A stretch of DNA of 43,039 bases from a virus (IMGVR_UViG_3300043608_000005:1-43039), one strand, 5' to 3'. Counted from the first letter of the stretch, positions 8,426 to 16,776 are shown. Numbers and translations: made by a program. The notes: generated by a model from the sequence alone, not told the origin.

Positions 8426-8866
8426 ATGGAACGGCCGACGAAGGAGCAGGTGATGGAGCGGCTGCGCAAGCGCTGCGACATGTCGAGCGGTTGCTGGGTG
8501 ATCGATGGCTGGCTGAACGCTGAGGGCTATGGCCAGTTCTCGGTAAACAACCGCTGCCGCCTCGCGCATCGCGCGGTCTACGAGTTGCTGGTCGGAGCCA
8601 TCCCACCGGGCATGCAGTTGGACCATCTGTGCCGGGTCCGGCGCTGCGTGAACCCGGCACACCTGGAACCGGTAACGAACCGCGAGAACTCGATGCGTGG
8701 AACCGGTTTTTCTGCGTTGAATGCAGCGAAAACGCACTGCCCGAAGGGGCACGCATATAGCGTCACCAACACCCGCGTCGACAAGCTTGGCAAGCGCTTC
8801 TGCAGGGCTTGTCAGCGCGAGTGGTGGCGCGCTCGCCACGCGCTGCGAGGCGAGCCATGCGCGTAA
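8426..8866 (+). CDS. HNH homing endonuclease
   Basis: GCW...GYG...AHRAVYE...LDHLCRVRRCVNPAHLEPVT..EN, then HCPKGH...CRAC. Confidence 0.9.
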   Translation: MERPTKEQVMERLRKRCDMSSGCWVIDGWLNAEGYGQFSVNNRCRLAHRAVYELLVGAIPPGMQLDHLCRVRRCVNPAHLEPVTNRENSMRGTGFSALNAAKTHCPKGHAYSVTNTRVDKLGKRFCRACQREWWRARHALRGEPCA

Positions 8867-9048
8867 TGCATGAGGTCACGTGCTGCAGCGGCTGCCCTGT
8901 GTCTGACTACGAATACGACCTTTGCCGTCACCCGGCCATCACCCACGAGAACCATCTAGAACTTCCGGACGACGAAGAGCTGACCCCGCCCCAACGTTGC
9001 CCGTTGCGCAAGGGCGATCTGCTGATCTCGCTGAGGGTGAAGCCGTGA
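8857..9048 (+). CDS. small Cys-rich hypothetical protein
   Basis: CSGCP...C..P...CPL; GAGG RBS. Confidence 0.55.
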   Translation: MRVMHEVTCCSGCPVSDYEYDLCRHPAITHENHLELPDDEELTPPQRCPLRKGDLLISLRVKP

Positions 9049-9236
9049 GCGACTGGAAACGAGTGGACAACGTGCGCGCGTTCCTGGCGCAGAAGGGCGC
9101 GCGCTCTGTCGGAGTGCACAGCCCCAAGATGCGCAAGCGCATCCCGTGGCCCGTGTGCTCGAGATGCGGGCTGCCGTATCTCAAGAACGAGGCGACGCGG
9201 CGGGCCGTCAAGGCGCCGTGCGTCGTGGACGAATGA
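9045..9236 (+). CDS. small Zn-finger-like protein
   Basis: H...WPVCSRCGL...C; overlap chain. Confidence 0.55.
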   Translation: MSDWKRVDNVRAFLAQKGARSVGVHSPKMRKRIPWPVCSRCGLPYLKNEATRRAVKAPCVVDE

Positions 9237-9640
9237 CCGCCGTCAGACAGCTGGTGACGGTGAAACACGTCATGCAGGTGACGGCACTCTCGCGGTCGAG
9301 CGCCTACGAATTGATGACGCGCCTTGGAGCCCTGAAGCTCGGGCGCGCAACCCGTCTACCCAAGCACCGCCTGGACAACTACCTTCGCCAGCTCGAGGCG
9401 CCATGGACATCTACTCTCGAAAGCTCCGAAACGGGGACCGCGTCTGGTACGTGCGAGCTTGCTTCTGGGCAGACGGACAGCGGCGCTACGCCCGACGCAG
9501 CACCGGCATCCGAGACGACGGCACCACCAAGTCCAGACGCACCGCCGAAATCAACGCCCGTGACATCGGGCAATCGCTTGCGCTGGGCCAAGATCGCGTC
9601 GCTCGCCCAACGACGCTCGCGCAAGCCGTTGACGCGCTGA
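9233..9640 (+). CDS. xis: excisionase-like HTH protein overlapping int
   Basis: LVTVKHVMQVTALSRSSAYELM...KLGRATRLP Xis/HTH_17 pattern directly upstream of the integrase. Confidence 0.65.
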   Translation: MTAVRQLVTVKHVMQVTALSRSSAYELMTRLGALKLGRATRLPKHRLDNYLRQLEAPWTSTLESSETGTASGTCELASGQTDSGATPDAAPASETTAPPSPDAPPKSTPVTSGNRLRWAKIASLAQRRSRKPLTR

Positions 9641-10473
9641 TCGAGGTGAAGGAACGGGCCAAGCGCTCGCAGGCCACGATCAACATCACGCTCGAGAAGG
9701 CGCGCGCGCTGGCCGACTACTTCCATCCGAACACGCCGATCGAGAAGTGCACCGACGTCGACGGTTACTGCAAGGTCGCGCTCGCCACGCGCCAGCGACC
9801 GACCGTCAAGCGCGAGCTGCGCGAGCTCGCGCTGGCATTCAGGGCCGTGGGCCTCGTGCCACCCAAGATGCCGAAGCTCGCCGACAACCCGGCCAAGGAG
9901 CGATGGCTGACGCGCTCCGAACAGCTGCAGCTGCTGACGGCCACGCCCGCGAAGCGCCGCGACTACATCATCGCGTACCTGCAGCTGGGACTGAGCCGCT
10001 CCGAGCTCTACCGGATCGAGGCCGCTGACTGCAACTGGGAGCGCCGCGAGGTGCGCGTGCGCGGCACCAAGGCCAGCAAGCGAGACCGCGTGCTGCCGAT
10101 GACCGAGGAGATTTACGACGTGTTGTGGAGCCGCCGAGAGGCCGCGCCGATGTTCGCGCGCTGGGGCAACTACGACCGCGAGCTGCGCTGCTACGCGGCG
10201 CGTGCGGGCTTCGAACCGGTCCGGGTGGTCGAGTACCGGGGGCGCAAGCTCCGTCAGGCCGAGCTCAGCCTGAACGACCTGCGGCGGACGTTCGCGACGC
10301 AGCTGGCAATCGCAGGCGTGCCCATCCTGCACCTGATGCACCTGATGGGGCACAGCTCGACGCGCATGCTCGAGCGCGTCTATGCCCGGGTGGGCACGGG
10401 CGATCACATGCACGAGGCGATCGCCAAGCTGGCGCCGCTGCGCAAGCGCAAAGAGACTGCCAAGGAGGCGTGA
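9403..10473 (+). CDS. int: tyrosine recombinase/integrase
   Basis: N-terminal arm-binding beta-sheet (WYVR...RRSTG), GTK, DLRRTFAT, LMGHSS, VYA; tRNA-type att site downstream. Confidence 0.9.
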   Translation: MDIYSRKLRNGDRVWYVRACFWADGQRRYARRSTGIRDDGTTKSRRTAEINARDIGQSLALGQDRVARPTTLAQAVDALIEVKERAKRSQATINITLEKARALADYFHPNTPIEKCTDVDGYCKVALATRQRPTVKRELRELALAFRAVGLVPPKMPKLADNPAKERWLTRSEQLQLLTATPAKRRDYIIAYLQLGLSRSELYRIEAADCNWERREVRVRGTKASKRDRVLPMTEEIYDVLWSRREAAPMFARWGNYDRELRCYAARAGFEPVRVVEYRGRKLRQAELSLNDLRRTFATQLAIAGVPILHLMHLMGHSSTRMLERVYARVGTGDHMHEAIAKLAPLRKRKETAKEA

Positions 10474-10474
10474 G

Positions 10475-10741
10475 ATGGACGACGCGATGTGTGCAATGCC
10501 AAGCGTAGACGAACGGATCGAGGGCCTGCAGCGCGACGTCAACGCGCTCTATCGGTTGCTGCCCGATGAGAACCTGCGGCGCGAGCGCGAGCGGAGAGAG
10601 GACCGCTGGTGGGGCACCTACCGGGCCGTGGTGCCGGTCCTAGTAGCATTGGGAATGCCGATGGACATGGTGCGCACCGAGGCCACGCGGTTCGCTAACG
10701 AAACGCACGGCCCGCTGGGCAAGAGCGATGCACACGGTTGA
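10475..10741 (+). CDS. hypothetical protein
   Basis: GGAGG RBS, 88 aa. Confidence 0.55.
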   Translation: MDDAMCAMPSVDERIEGLQRDVNALYRLLPDENLRRERERREDRWWGTYRAVVPVLVALGMPMDMVRTEATRFANETHGPLGKSDAHG

Positions 10742-10942
10742 CACACGGCGATCCCGGGTAGGCTACCTACCCGACTCCACTGCGCTTTCTGGCGTCGCAG
10801 GCGCCTTTACACGGCGTACGTCGCAGGTTCGATCCCTGTCCCGCCCACCGCTTTTTCAGCTGATTTTGGGGTCTTTCGACCCCCGAAGCGCGTCCGCAGA
10901 CGCCGCTGTGATCGCTGATTCCGACACACATACAACACACGG
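10730..10942. mobile_element. attP region: tRNA-derived core with flanking arm-type repeats
   Basis: Pairs of (A/G)CACAC(GG) repeats 11 bp apart on each side of the core (10730/10741 and 10924/10935). Confidence 0.65.
10801..10849 (+). other. att core: 3' half of tRNA-Val(TAC), not a full tRNA
   Basis: Anticodon arm GCGCC-TTTACAC-GGCGT, T-arm GCAGG-TTCGATC-CCTGT, acceptor strand CCCGCCC-A-CC; no complementary 5' acceptor strand or D-arm upstream. Confidence 0.85.
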
Positions 10943-10951
10943 GAGGGACCG

Positions 10952-11311
10952 ATGACCGAGGCTGAGCGCCGCGAGGTGCAGATCAATAACCAGGTGACGA
11001 ACCTGGCGACGCGCATCGAGGCGCTGGAGAAGCGCCTACACGACGTCGACCACATGCTAGAGCGGTTCTGCCCCAACATCGCCAGCCGCGTGACCGAGCT
11101 CGAAGCCAAGGAACCGAACGTCGCCAAGGGCGACGGCAAGCTCGTTACGGAACTCGTCCCGGCACCCGTCTGGGCCTCGTGGCACGAGAACGTCGAGGCG
11201 CTGGTGAAGGCGGCGACGGAGTATTGCGACGAGGCGCCGTGGAGCGAACACGCTTACCAGAAGGAACTGAGGGCTGCCCTACGCGCAGCCCTGAAGCCGT
11301 TCGAGAAGTAG
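10952..11311 (+). CDS. coiled-coil hypothetical protein
   Basis: GGAGGG RBS, 119 aa. Confidence 0.65.
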   Translation: MTEAERREVQINNQVTNLATRIEALEKRLHDVDHMLERFCPNIASRVTELEAKEPNVAKGDGKLVTELVPAPVWASWHENVEALVKAATEYCDEAPWSEHAYQKELRAALRAALKPFEK

Positions 11312-11315
11312 ACAC

Positions 11316-11362
11316 TTGACTCCGAGTGATAGCGAAGTATATCACTGCGCTATCACTCGGAG
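11316..11362 (+). promoter_or_regulatory. promoter/operator with perfect 15-bp inverted repeat
   Basis: CTCCGAGTGATAGCG (11320-11334) / CGCTATCACTCGGAG (11348-11362); TTGACT at 11316; third TATCACT in the spacer; right arm includes the RBS. Confidence 0.75.
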
Positions 11363-11369
11363 GTTTCGC

Positions 11370-11546
11370 ATGACGATCGCCACTGTCCCGCTGGTTCTAC
11401 TGGTCCTGACCGTGTTCGCGCTCGCGCTGGGGCAGGACCCGAACAAGAAGATGGGCTGGGTCGCGCTGGTGCTGGGCGTGCTGGTTCTGGTCGCGCACTT
11501 CACCAAGATCACGCCCGAGCAGCTGGCCAGCCTGGGGGGGCAGTGA
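11370..11546 (+). CDS. small 2-TM membrane protein
   Basis: GGAGG RBS; two hydrophobic stretches. Confidence 0.7.
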   Translation: MTIATVPLVLLVLTVFALALGQDPNKKMGWVALVLGVLVLVAHFTKITPEQLASLGGQ

Positions 11547-11770
11547 TGGATGCGATCGAGCGGCAAGCTCGCGCCGTGCTGGTCATCCAGCAGCCGGTCA
11601 CGACGCGTGTGGTGATCGTCGGCGTGGCCTGGACCGGCAAGGGGATAGGGCTGCTGGCCGTGGCTGCGCTACTGGTGTGCGGCGGAGTGGCCACGGCCAT
11701 CGGCTCGATCGGTCCGGCGCTCACCGGCGCGGGGCACTCGCTGTTCGACGCGCTCACAGGGGGCGAGTGA
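11543..11770 (+). CDS. small membrane protein
   Basis: Gly-rich hydrophobic segment GIGLLAVAALLVCGGVATAIG; overlap-coupled. Confidence 0.65.
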   Translation: MMDAIERQARAVLVIQQPVTTRVVIVGVAWTGKGIGLLAVAALLVCGGVATAIGSIGPALTGAGHSLFDALTGGE

Positions 11771-12255
11771 TGGGCAAGACCCACATCTGGAACGAGGGCG
11801 GCATCAAGCCTGGCGACCTGATCAAGATCGTCGACGAGCTCACGCCTGAGGAGCGCCTGCAGATCGCCGAGATCCGCAAGCTTGGCAACAGCGCCGTGCT
11901 GTCCTCGAAGGCCGACGTGCTCGAGGCGCTCGCGAAGGCTGCCCGCGGACACGCTGAGGCGTCCGAGATTCTCGACGCGAAGCCGTACCTGTTCCCCGAT
12001 GCCGCGCCGCCGCAAACCGAGTGGGCGCTCTGGACGGTGGTGCTCAACGTGATCGTGCTGTGTGCCGTGGTCGCGATGGCCACGCAGTTCTACCGGGTCA
12101 CCAAGGCCAGCATACCCCCTACCCTTCCAGCATCGGCCGCGACCGAGGTGGCTCCAGCACCCCCAGAAGCGCCGAAAGCTCCGCGCTCGACGGAGAAGGG
12201 TAGAGCGGCACGGGGCCGCGTCGCCGATATCAATTCGATAGCAAACGTATACTGA
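11770..12255 (+). CDS. single-TM protein with soluble N-terminus and Pro-rich tail
   Basis: TGATG coupling; WALWTVVLNVIVLCAVVAMA hydrophobic helix. Confidence 0.7.
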   Translation: MGKTHIWNEGGIKPGDLIKIVDELTPEERLQIAEIRKLGNSAVLSSKADVLEALAKAARGHAEASEILDAKPYLFPDAAPPQTEWALWTVVLNVIVLCAVVAMATQFYRVTKASIPPTLPASAATEVAPAPPEAPKAPRSTEKGRAARGRVADINSIANVY

Positions 12256-12267
12256 GGGAAACTAGCC

Positions 12268-12417
12268 ATGCGTCTCATCGTCGACTGCGTGTTCTGGGGA
12301 ACCATGATCTGCGGGTTTGCCGTGTTCCTCATGGCGTTCGGTATTCCGCTGATCGTGTCTCTGCCGATCTTGCTGGTGATCGGCGCCTACCTCAACTCGA
12401 ACGGAAAACTCTGGTGA
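12268..12417 (+). CDS. 49-aa 2-TM membrane protein (not in the ORF track)
   Basis: GAGG RBS; MRLIVDCVFWGTMICGFAVFLMAFGIPLIVSLPILLVIGAYLNSNGKLW*. Confidence 0.65.
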   Translation: MRLIVDCVFWGTMICGFAVFLMAFGIPLIVSLPILLVIGAYLNSNGKLW

Positions 12418-12899
12418 GCACCGGAATCCTCGAACAGTGGCGAGCAGCACGCAGACACCCGATCGCGGCCCTGATAGGCGCGGCATTCGGCGGCGCGTTG
12501 CCGCTGACCGCCTACCGCACGATGCACGGCGACCTGCAAGGCGCGGGCGGCTGGCAGCTCTGGGTGCTCTCGGTCGTGGTCGCCGCGTGCCTGCTGTTCA
12601 GCGTCCGCACCGTCTGGCAGTGGGGCCGCGCAGCGTTCGGAGACACGCTGAAGGCGAGCTGCTTCGTGGTCGCGCTCGAAGGCATCATGATCGCGTCCCC
12701 CACGCCCTGGCTGGCCCTGCTTGCATTGTTGTATCTGATCTGTATCAATGCAGTCGCAACAGCATGCATTCTCGCGCACGAAGACCAGCCAGTGCCACAG
12801 CCCACCGTCACCGCCGTAGCGCGGGAGCTCGGGGTGCCAAGAAGGGCGGCGGCAAAGGTTCTCGACCAGCGCCAAAACGGAAAGCAGGTGCCAGCATGA
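12414..12899 (+). CDS. 4-TM membrane protein with C-terminal HTH-like tail
   Basis: Four hydrophobic segments, then PTVTAVARELGVPRRAAAKVL. Confidence 0.7.
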   Translation: MSTGILEQWRAARRHPIAALIGAAFGGALPLTAYRTMHGDLQGAGGWQLWVLSVVVAACLLFSVRTVWQWGRAAFGDTLKASCFVVALEGIMIASPTPWLALLALLYLICINAVATACILAHEDQPVPQPTVTAVARELGVPRRAAAKVLDQRQNGKQVPA

Positions 12900-13078
12900 G
12901 CACAGCTCTCCTGCGATACCCGGCTGACGTGGACGCTCGGTTGGATGCGCTGCTGGACAAGGTCCGCGAGGACGCGGAGTTTCGCGCCGTGCGGCTGTCG
13001 CGGTCGGCGCTGCTCCGCATGTGCGTGTTCGATGGCTTGGACGCGCTCGAGCGCCGGTACGGGCTGGCAAAGGAGTAG
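12896..13078 (+). CDS. ribbon-helix-helix (CopG/Arc-like) regulator
   Basis: MSTALLRYPADVDARLDAL...LSRSALLRMCV; ATGA overlap. Confidence 0.65.
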   Translation: MSTALLRYPADVDARLDALLDKVREDAEFRAVRLSRSALLRMCVFDGLDALERRYGLAKE

Positions 13079-13114
13079 GGCATGGTGACGCCCGAGGAGC
13101 GCGAGCTCGCGTAG

Positions 13115-13441
13115 CTAGCGGCGCGGCATCTTCTCGGTGGTCTTGTCCGAGAAGTCTGGCGGCGTGTCGGTGGTCCGCGCTGGCGCAGGCTGCGGCACCT
13201 TGGGCGTCTGCGTCGCGCCCGCCGGCTTGGGCGCGAGCCGTCGCGCGGCGTACTCGGCGCCGATCATGGCCGCTTCACGCATGGCCATACCGACCAGCAC
13301 GCGCAGCGCCGTCACGTGCTCGTCTGACATGAGGCGCGGCCCGCCGATCCTCTGGAAGAAGCCGACCACGATGTCGCGCACGAGCCTGTTGGCGCGCGTG
13401 CTGATCTTCGTCGACATGACCGCGCGCGACTCGTCGGTCAC
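13115..13441 (-). CDS. hypothetical protein (last gene of the late operon)
   Basis: GTGA overlap with the holin. Confidence 0.55.
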   Translation of the reverse strand: MTDESRAVMSTKISTRANRLVRDIVVGFFQRIGGPRLMSDEHVTALRVLVGMAMREAAMIGAEYAARRLAPKPAGATQTPKVPQPAPARTTDTPPDFSDKTTEKMPRR

Positions 13442-13659
13442 TTCATCGGCGGCGGCGGGTCAGACTTGGCCCGCACCATCCGCTCCGCTTCCTGCTTTGT
13501 GACCTGGTTCGGCCCCTTGAGCAGGTTGCCCAGAAGCGTGAACCCGAAGCCGCTCACGGCCGTGTAGGCCGCGAGGTATTTCGGGTCCTGCAGCCAGATG
13601 GCAGAGGCCACGATGCACAGCACACCAGCGAGACCCTGCAGCACCTGTTCACGGCCCAT
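13438..13659 (-). CDS. putative holin
   Basis: 73 aa, two TM segments, charged C-terminus, GGAGG RBS, near the endolysin. Confidence 0.6.
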   Translation of the reverse strand: MGREQVLQGLAGVLCIVASAIWLQDPKYLAAYTAVSGFGFTLLGNLLKGPNQVTKQEAERMVRAKSDPPPPMK

Positions 13660-13792
13660 TCTGGACCTCCACTTCTGCTCAGTATTGTGATCTATCTCAC
13701 AGGCTTGTCGAGCGATCTGACTGTGCTAAGAACGCAAGCGGCCCCGCGGCGCTAGAACGCCCGGGGCCATGACCCACAAGGAGAGAACCCTC

Positions 13793-14311
13793 ATGGATGA
13801 GATCCAGATCGCACGGTTTTGGGCGAAGGTCGACAGGCGCGGCGCCGATGAGTGCTGGCCGTGGAAGCGCGGCGTCGACAAGAACGGGTACGGCAAGACC
13901 TACGCGAACGGGAAACACGTCCGCGCCCACCGAGTCAGCTGGCAGCTGGCTCGCGGCAGGTCCGCGGATGAACTGTCCGTCTGCCATACATGCGACAACC
14001 CTGTCTGCTGCAACCCGACACACCTGTTTCTCGGCACGAACGCTGAGAACATGCGCGACAAGATCGCCAAGGGTCGTGCTCGTTACGAGTGCGGCGAGAG
14101 CCACCATGCCGCGAAGCTGACGGCTGCGGACGTGGCGGCGATCCGCCGCCGGCTGGCGGCCGGTGAACGCGGAAGCATGCTCGCCGCGGAGTTTTCCGTT
14201 GCGAGGTCGGCTATTTCACGAATCAAACATCGGGGCCGCTGGTCAGCCAGTCCGAGTCCTTCGGCCACCTGTACCCAAGAATCCGCGCTGACGGGTAGTT
14301 CTGAAAACTGA
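13793..14311 (+). CDS. HNH homing endonuclease, antisense within the lysis cassette
   Basis: RFWAKVD...ECWPW...GYG...AHRVSW...VCHTCDNPVCCNPTHLFLGTNAENMRD and C-terminal HTH; AAGGAG RBS (alternative start 13769). Confidence 0.9.
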   Translation: MDEIQIARFWAKVDRRGADECWPWKRGVDKNGYGKTYANGKHVRAHRVSWQLARGRSADELSVCHTCDNPVCCNPTHLFLGTNAENMRDKIAKGRARYECGESHHAAKLTAADVAAIRRRLAAGERGSMLAAEFSVARSAISRIKHRGRWSASPSPSATCTQESALTGSSEN

Positions 14312-14708
14312 CTGCACCGCCTTGGTTACCGCCTAACACCACGACATGCCCTTCGCGTCCTGGAGATACGTATATCGCCACGTGGCCTTGCTTCCCTGAC
14401 GGGTTGCCGCGAGAGAACACCACGATGCAGCCGAGTCGCGGCTGCTTGAGCGCCTCGCCCCAGCCGAGCCAGCTGCGGGCGTTCGCGCGACTGGTGGCGA
14501 TGTAGCCGGCTTCGTCGATCCAGCAGCACATCGCTGCCGAGCACCACGCTACAGCGCCGTCCTCGGGTTCGCCGCCGAGGTTCGTATGCTGATAGTACGT
14601 GGCAATACGTGGATGCGTGGCGACGCCCGGCAGCTCGCGCACGCCGACGTCCTGGGCTGCGATCACCATCCACGGTGGCCACTCGGACTCTGGTGGTAGC
14701 TTCACCAT
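14223..14708 (-). CDS. endolysin, TIGR02594/NlpC-P60-like peptidoglycan endopeptidase
   Basis: PPWMVIA...GVRE...AWCSA...ARSWL.WG...GCIVVFSR...GHVAI...VLGGNQG; catalytic Cys/His; true start ATG 14708. Confidence 0.85.
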   Translation of the reverse strand: MVKLPPESEWPPWMVIAAQDVGVRELPGVATHPRIATYYQHTNLGGEPEDGAVAWCSAAMCCWIDEAGYIATSRANARSWLGWGEALKQPRLGCIVVFSRGNPSGKQGHVAIYVSPGREGHVVVLGGNQGGAVSFQNYPSARILGYRWPKDSDWLTSGPDV

Positions 14709-16270
14709 CGGATCTTCCTCCGGCCGCCCGTGCTCGAACCGCGGCGCGACGCCAGCAGTCGCCCGCGCTGGCCGCCCGCCCCCGTGCCTTGGAAGCGCGC
14801 GGTTCCCGACACCTGAGTCAGCCCAGACGCTGTCAGCGCTGCGGTCGCGGTCATGGTGACCACGCCCGACACCTGTGTGCTGCCCGCGGAGAGCAGCGTG
14901 CCGACGAACGCCGACGATCCTGTAACCCGCGTCTCGCCGGTCGCGCCCAGCGGCGCAGAGGCGGTCATGATGGCGGCGCCTGTGCACTGCGTGCTGCCAG
15001 CGCCAGCCGCCGACGCTGACGCGGTGACCGCGGCCGACCCGGTGACGTTGGTGACGCCTCCGGCGGCTGCTGAGGCTGCGGCGGAGAGCGCTGCGGCGCC
15101 GGTGGTCCGCGTTAGCCCAGCAGCCGCGAGCGCGGCTGCTGCGGTCATGGTGGCGGCGCCGGTCACCTGGACGGAGCCGCTCGCCGGCATCGTGCCCAAG
15201 AGATCGACGGCGCCAGTGGTCCGCGTCAGACCCGTGGCCGCCAGCGACGCACTCGAGGTCACCGACGCTGTCCCGGTCGTCTGCGTCGAGCCACCCGCTG
15301 CGACGCCTGCAGCCGCCGTCATGGCGGCGGAACCCGTGGTCTGCGTCGCGCCCGCGCCGGCCGCGCTCGCGCTCTTGGTGACCGCAGCGCTTCCGGTGGT
15401 CTGCGTCGTGCCCGAGCTCGCCGCGCTCGCCCCCGACGTCATCGTCGCCGAGCCAGTGGCTTGGGTCGCTCCGGTCGCCGCGAGGCCGGCCGCCTTCGTC
15501 ATTGCGGCAGAGCCTGTGACCTGCGTCGAACCCGTTGGCGCGAGGCCAGCCGCCGCCGTCAACGCCGCTGCGCCGGTCACGTTCACGACGCCGCTGGGAA
15601 CGATGGTGATCGCTGTGACCGGGACGTAGATGCGCTGTGGACGGCCGCCCGTCCACTGCACGGGCGGTGTGATCGCAGGGTCTGTCAGCGTGCCGTTCTC
15701 GGTCGCGGTGTTGCCCTGGCCACTGAAGTCGGCCGTGCGGCTGCCGAAGAAGCACGGGTAGTACGCGAACAGGTTCGCGCGGCGCTTGGGCTGCCGCTGC
15801 GCGTAGAGCTCGGAGACCTCCGCATCGGTGAGGGCGGCAGCGTAGTAACAGACGTCTGAAAGCACCGAGTCTGAGAAGCCGCACTCGAGATAGTTCAGCG
15901 TGAGCGGCGTGGTGATCGCTGCGGCTGCGGTGCCGATGTTGACGCCGTTCACGTACGCCGTGAGGACGTTGCTCGCCCACTTGACGGCGACGTGCACCCA
16001 CGTGTTGGTAGCGATCGAGCCCGAGCTGACTCGGAAGTCCTGACCCGTGCTGCTCTTGTTGATGTAGAACTGCAGGATGTCCGAGCCGGCCGACTGCTCG
16101 ATGCCAGCCAGCTCGTTGAACGTGTTCTCGCTCAACGTCAGATGCTGCTGAAACGAGCCGTTGCCCGTCCAGCGCATCCACGCCGAGATCGTGAACGCAC
16201 CTGTACCAGGGCCGCCGGCCGCGCCGGTCTTGCTCAGGTAGTTGGTGCTGTTGGTGCACTGAATCGACAT
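14702..16270 (-). CDS. fibre/receptor-binding protein: LamG-like domain plus Ala/Thr/Gly repeats
   Basis: FTISAW...WVHVAV...YVNG...YAAALTDAEV LamG pattern; about 14 copies of a ~20-aa GxTQxTGxAxxT repeat. Confidence 0.7.
   Translation of the reverse strand: MSIQCTNSTNYLSKTGAAGGPGTGAFTISAWMRWTGNGSFQQHLTLSENTFNELAGIEQSAGSDILQFYINKSSTGQDFRVSSGSIATNTWVHVAVKWASNVLTAYVNGVNIGTAAAAITTPLTLNYLECGFSDSVLSDVCYYAAALTDAEVSELYAQRQPKRRANLFAYYPCFFGSRTADFSGQGNTATENGTLTDPAITPPVQWTGGRPQRIYVPVTAITIVPSGVVNVTGAAALTAAAGLAPTGSTQVTGSAAMTKAAGLAATGATQATGSATMTSGASAASSGTTQTTGSAAVTKSASAAGAGATQTTGSAAMTAAAGVAAGGSTQTTGTASVTSSASLAATGLTRTTGAVDLLGTMPASGSVQVTGAATMTAAAALAAAGLTRTTGAAALSAAASAAAGGVTNVTGSAAVTASASAAGAGSTQCTGAAIMTASAPLGATGETRVTGSSAFVGTLLSAGSTQVSGVVTMTATAALTASGLTQVSGTARFQGTGAGGQRGRLLASRRGSSTGGRRKIRW
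14790..15598 (-). repeat. ~60-bp/20-aa degenerate coding repeat, about 14 copies
   Basis: Visible periodicity in the translation. Confidence 0.8.
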
Positions 16271-16776
16271 CAGGTGTCGCTGTATTGCAGGGTCACGCCC
16301 ACGATGATCGCGTCTCCAGTCATCGTGTCACTGCCGTTCGACTGCTTGCGCGCGAGCCGCAGCACGAGGGAGTCGTTCGCCGCGAGTGAGTCGAGGTTGC
16401 TGACTGCGATCGTGCTGCGGTTGAGCGCGCGCGCAGTGCCGCTGACTGTCGTGGTCTGCGTGTTCTCGGTCGCGAACGCGTCCGTTTCCACGCTCTGCGC
16501 GTCGGCTGGCGTTAGCACTGAGAGCGCGCCGCCCCAGACAACGGCGCCGCTGGTCTGCCCCGTGCGCGAGTACCAGTCGACCAGCACAGAGACGTTGCCC
16601 GAACCGTAGTTCGGGATCATCAACCGCTCGGTGTAGGCGATCTCATCGTTCGTCGCGTCCGCGAATGCGTAGCCGACATTCGGGAAGTTCGTGCCCTCGA
16701 CGCGCACCATTTCCGGTGGCACAGTCGCGCTTGGTATGAGCGACCCGACGCTGAGCGGATACGTGACGGTTGCCAT
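16270..16776 (-). CDS. beta-rich virion protein
   Basis: Late-operon position; GAVVW...LRLAR...DTMTGDA. Confidence 0.6.
   Translation of the reverse strand: MATVTYPLSVGSLIPSATVPPEMVRVEGTNFPNVGYAFADATNDEIAYTERLMIPNYGSGNVSVLVDWYSRTGQTSGAVVWGGALSVLTPADAQSVETDAFATENTQTTTVSGTARALNRSTIAVSNLDSLAANDSLVLRLARKQSNGSDTMTGDAIIVGVTLQYSDT

Noticed and set aside
10770-10850. Complete tRNA-Val gene
   Set aside because: Only the anticodon arm, T-arm and 3' acceptor strand are present; no matching 5' strand or D-arm, so it is an att core
14709-16259. 678-aa fibre-endolysin fusion ORF
   Set aside because: The upstream part is an Arg/His-rich off-frame read of the fibre gene; the endolysin has its own GAGGA RBS and ATG at 14708
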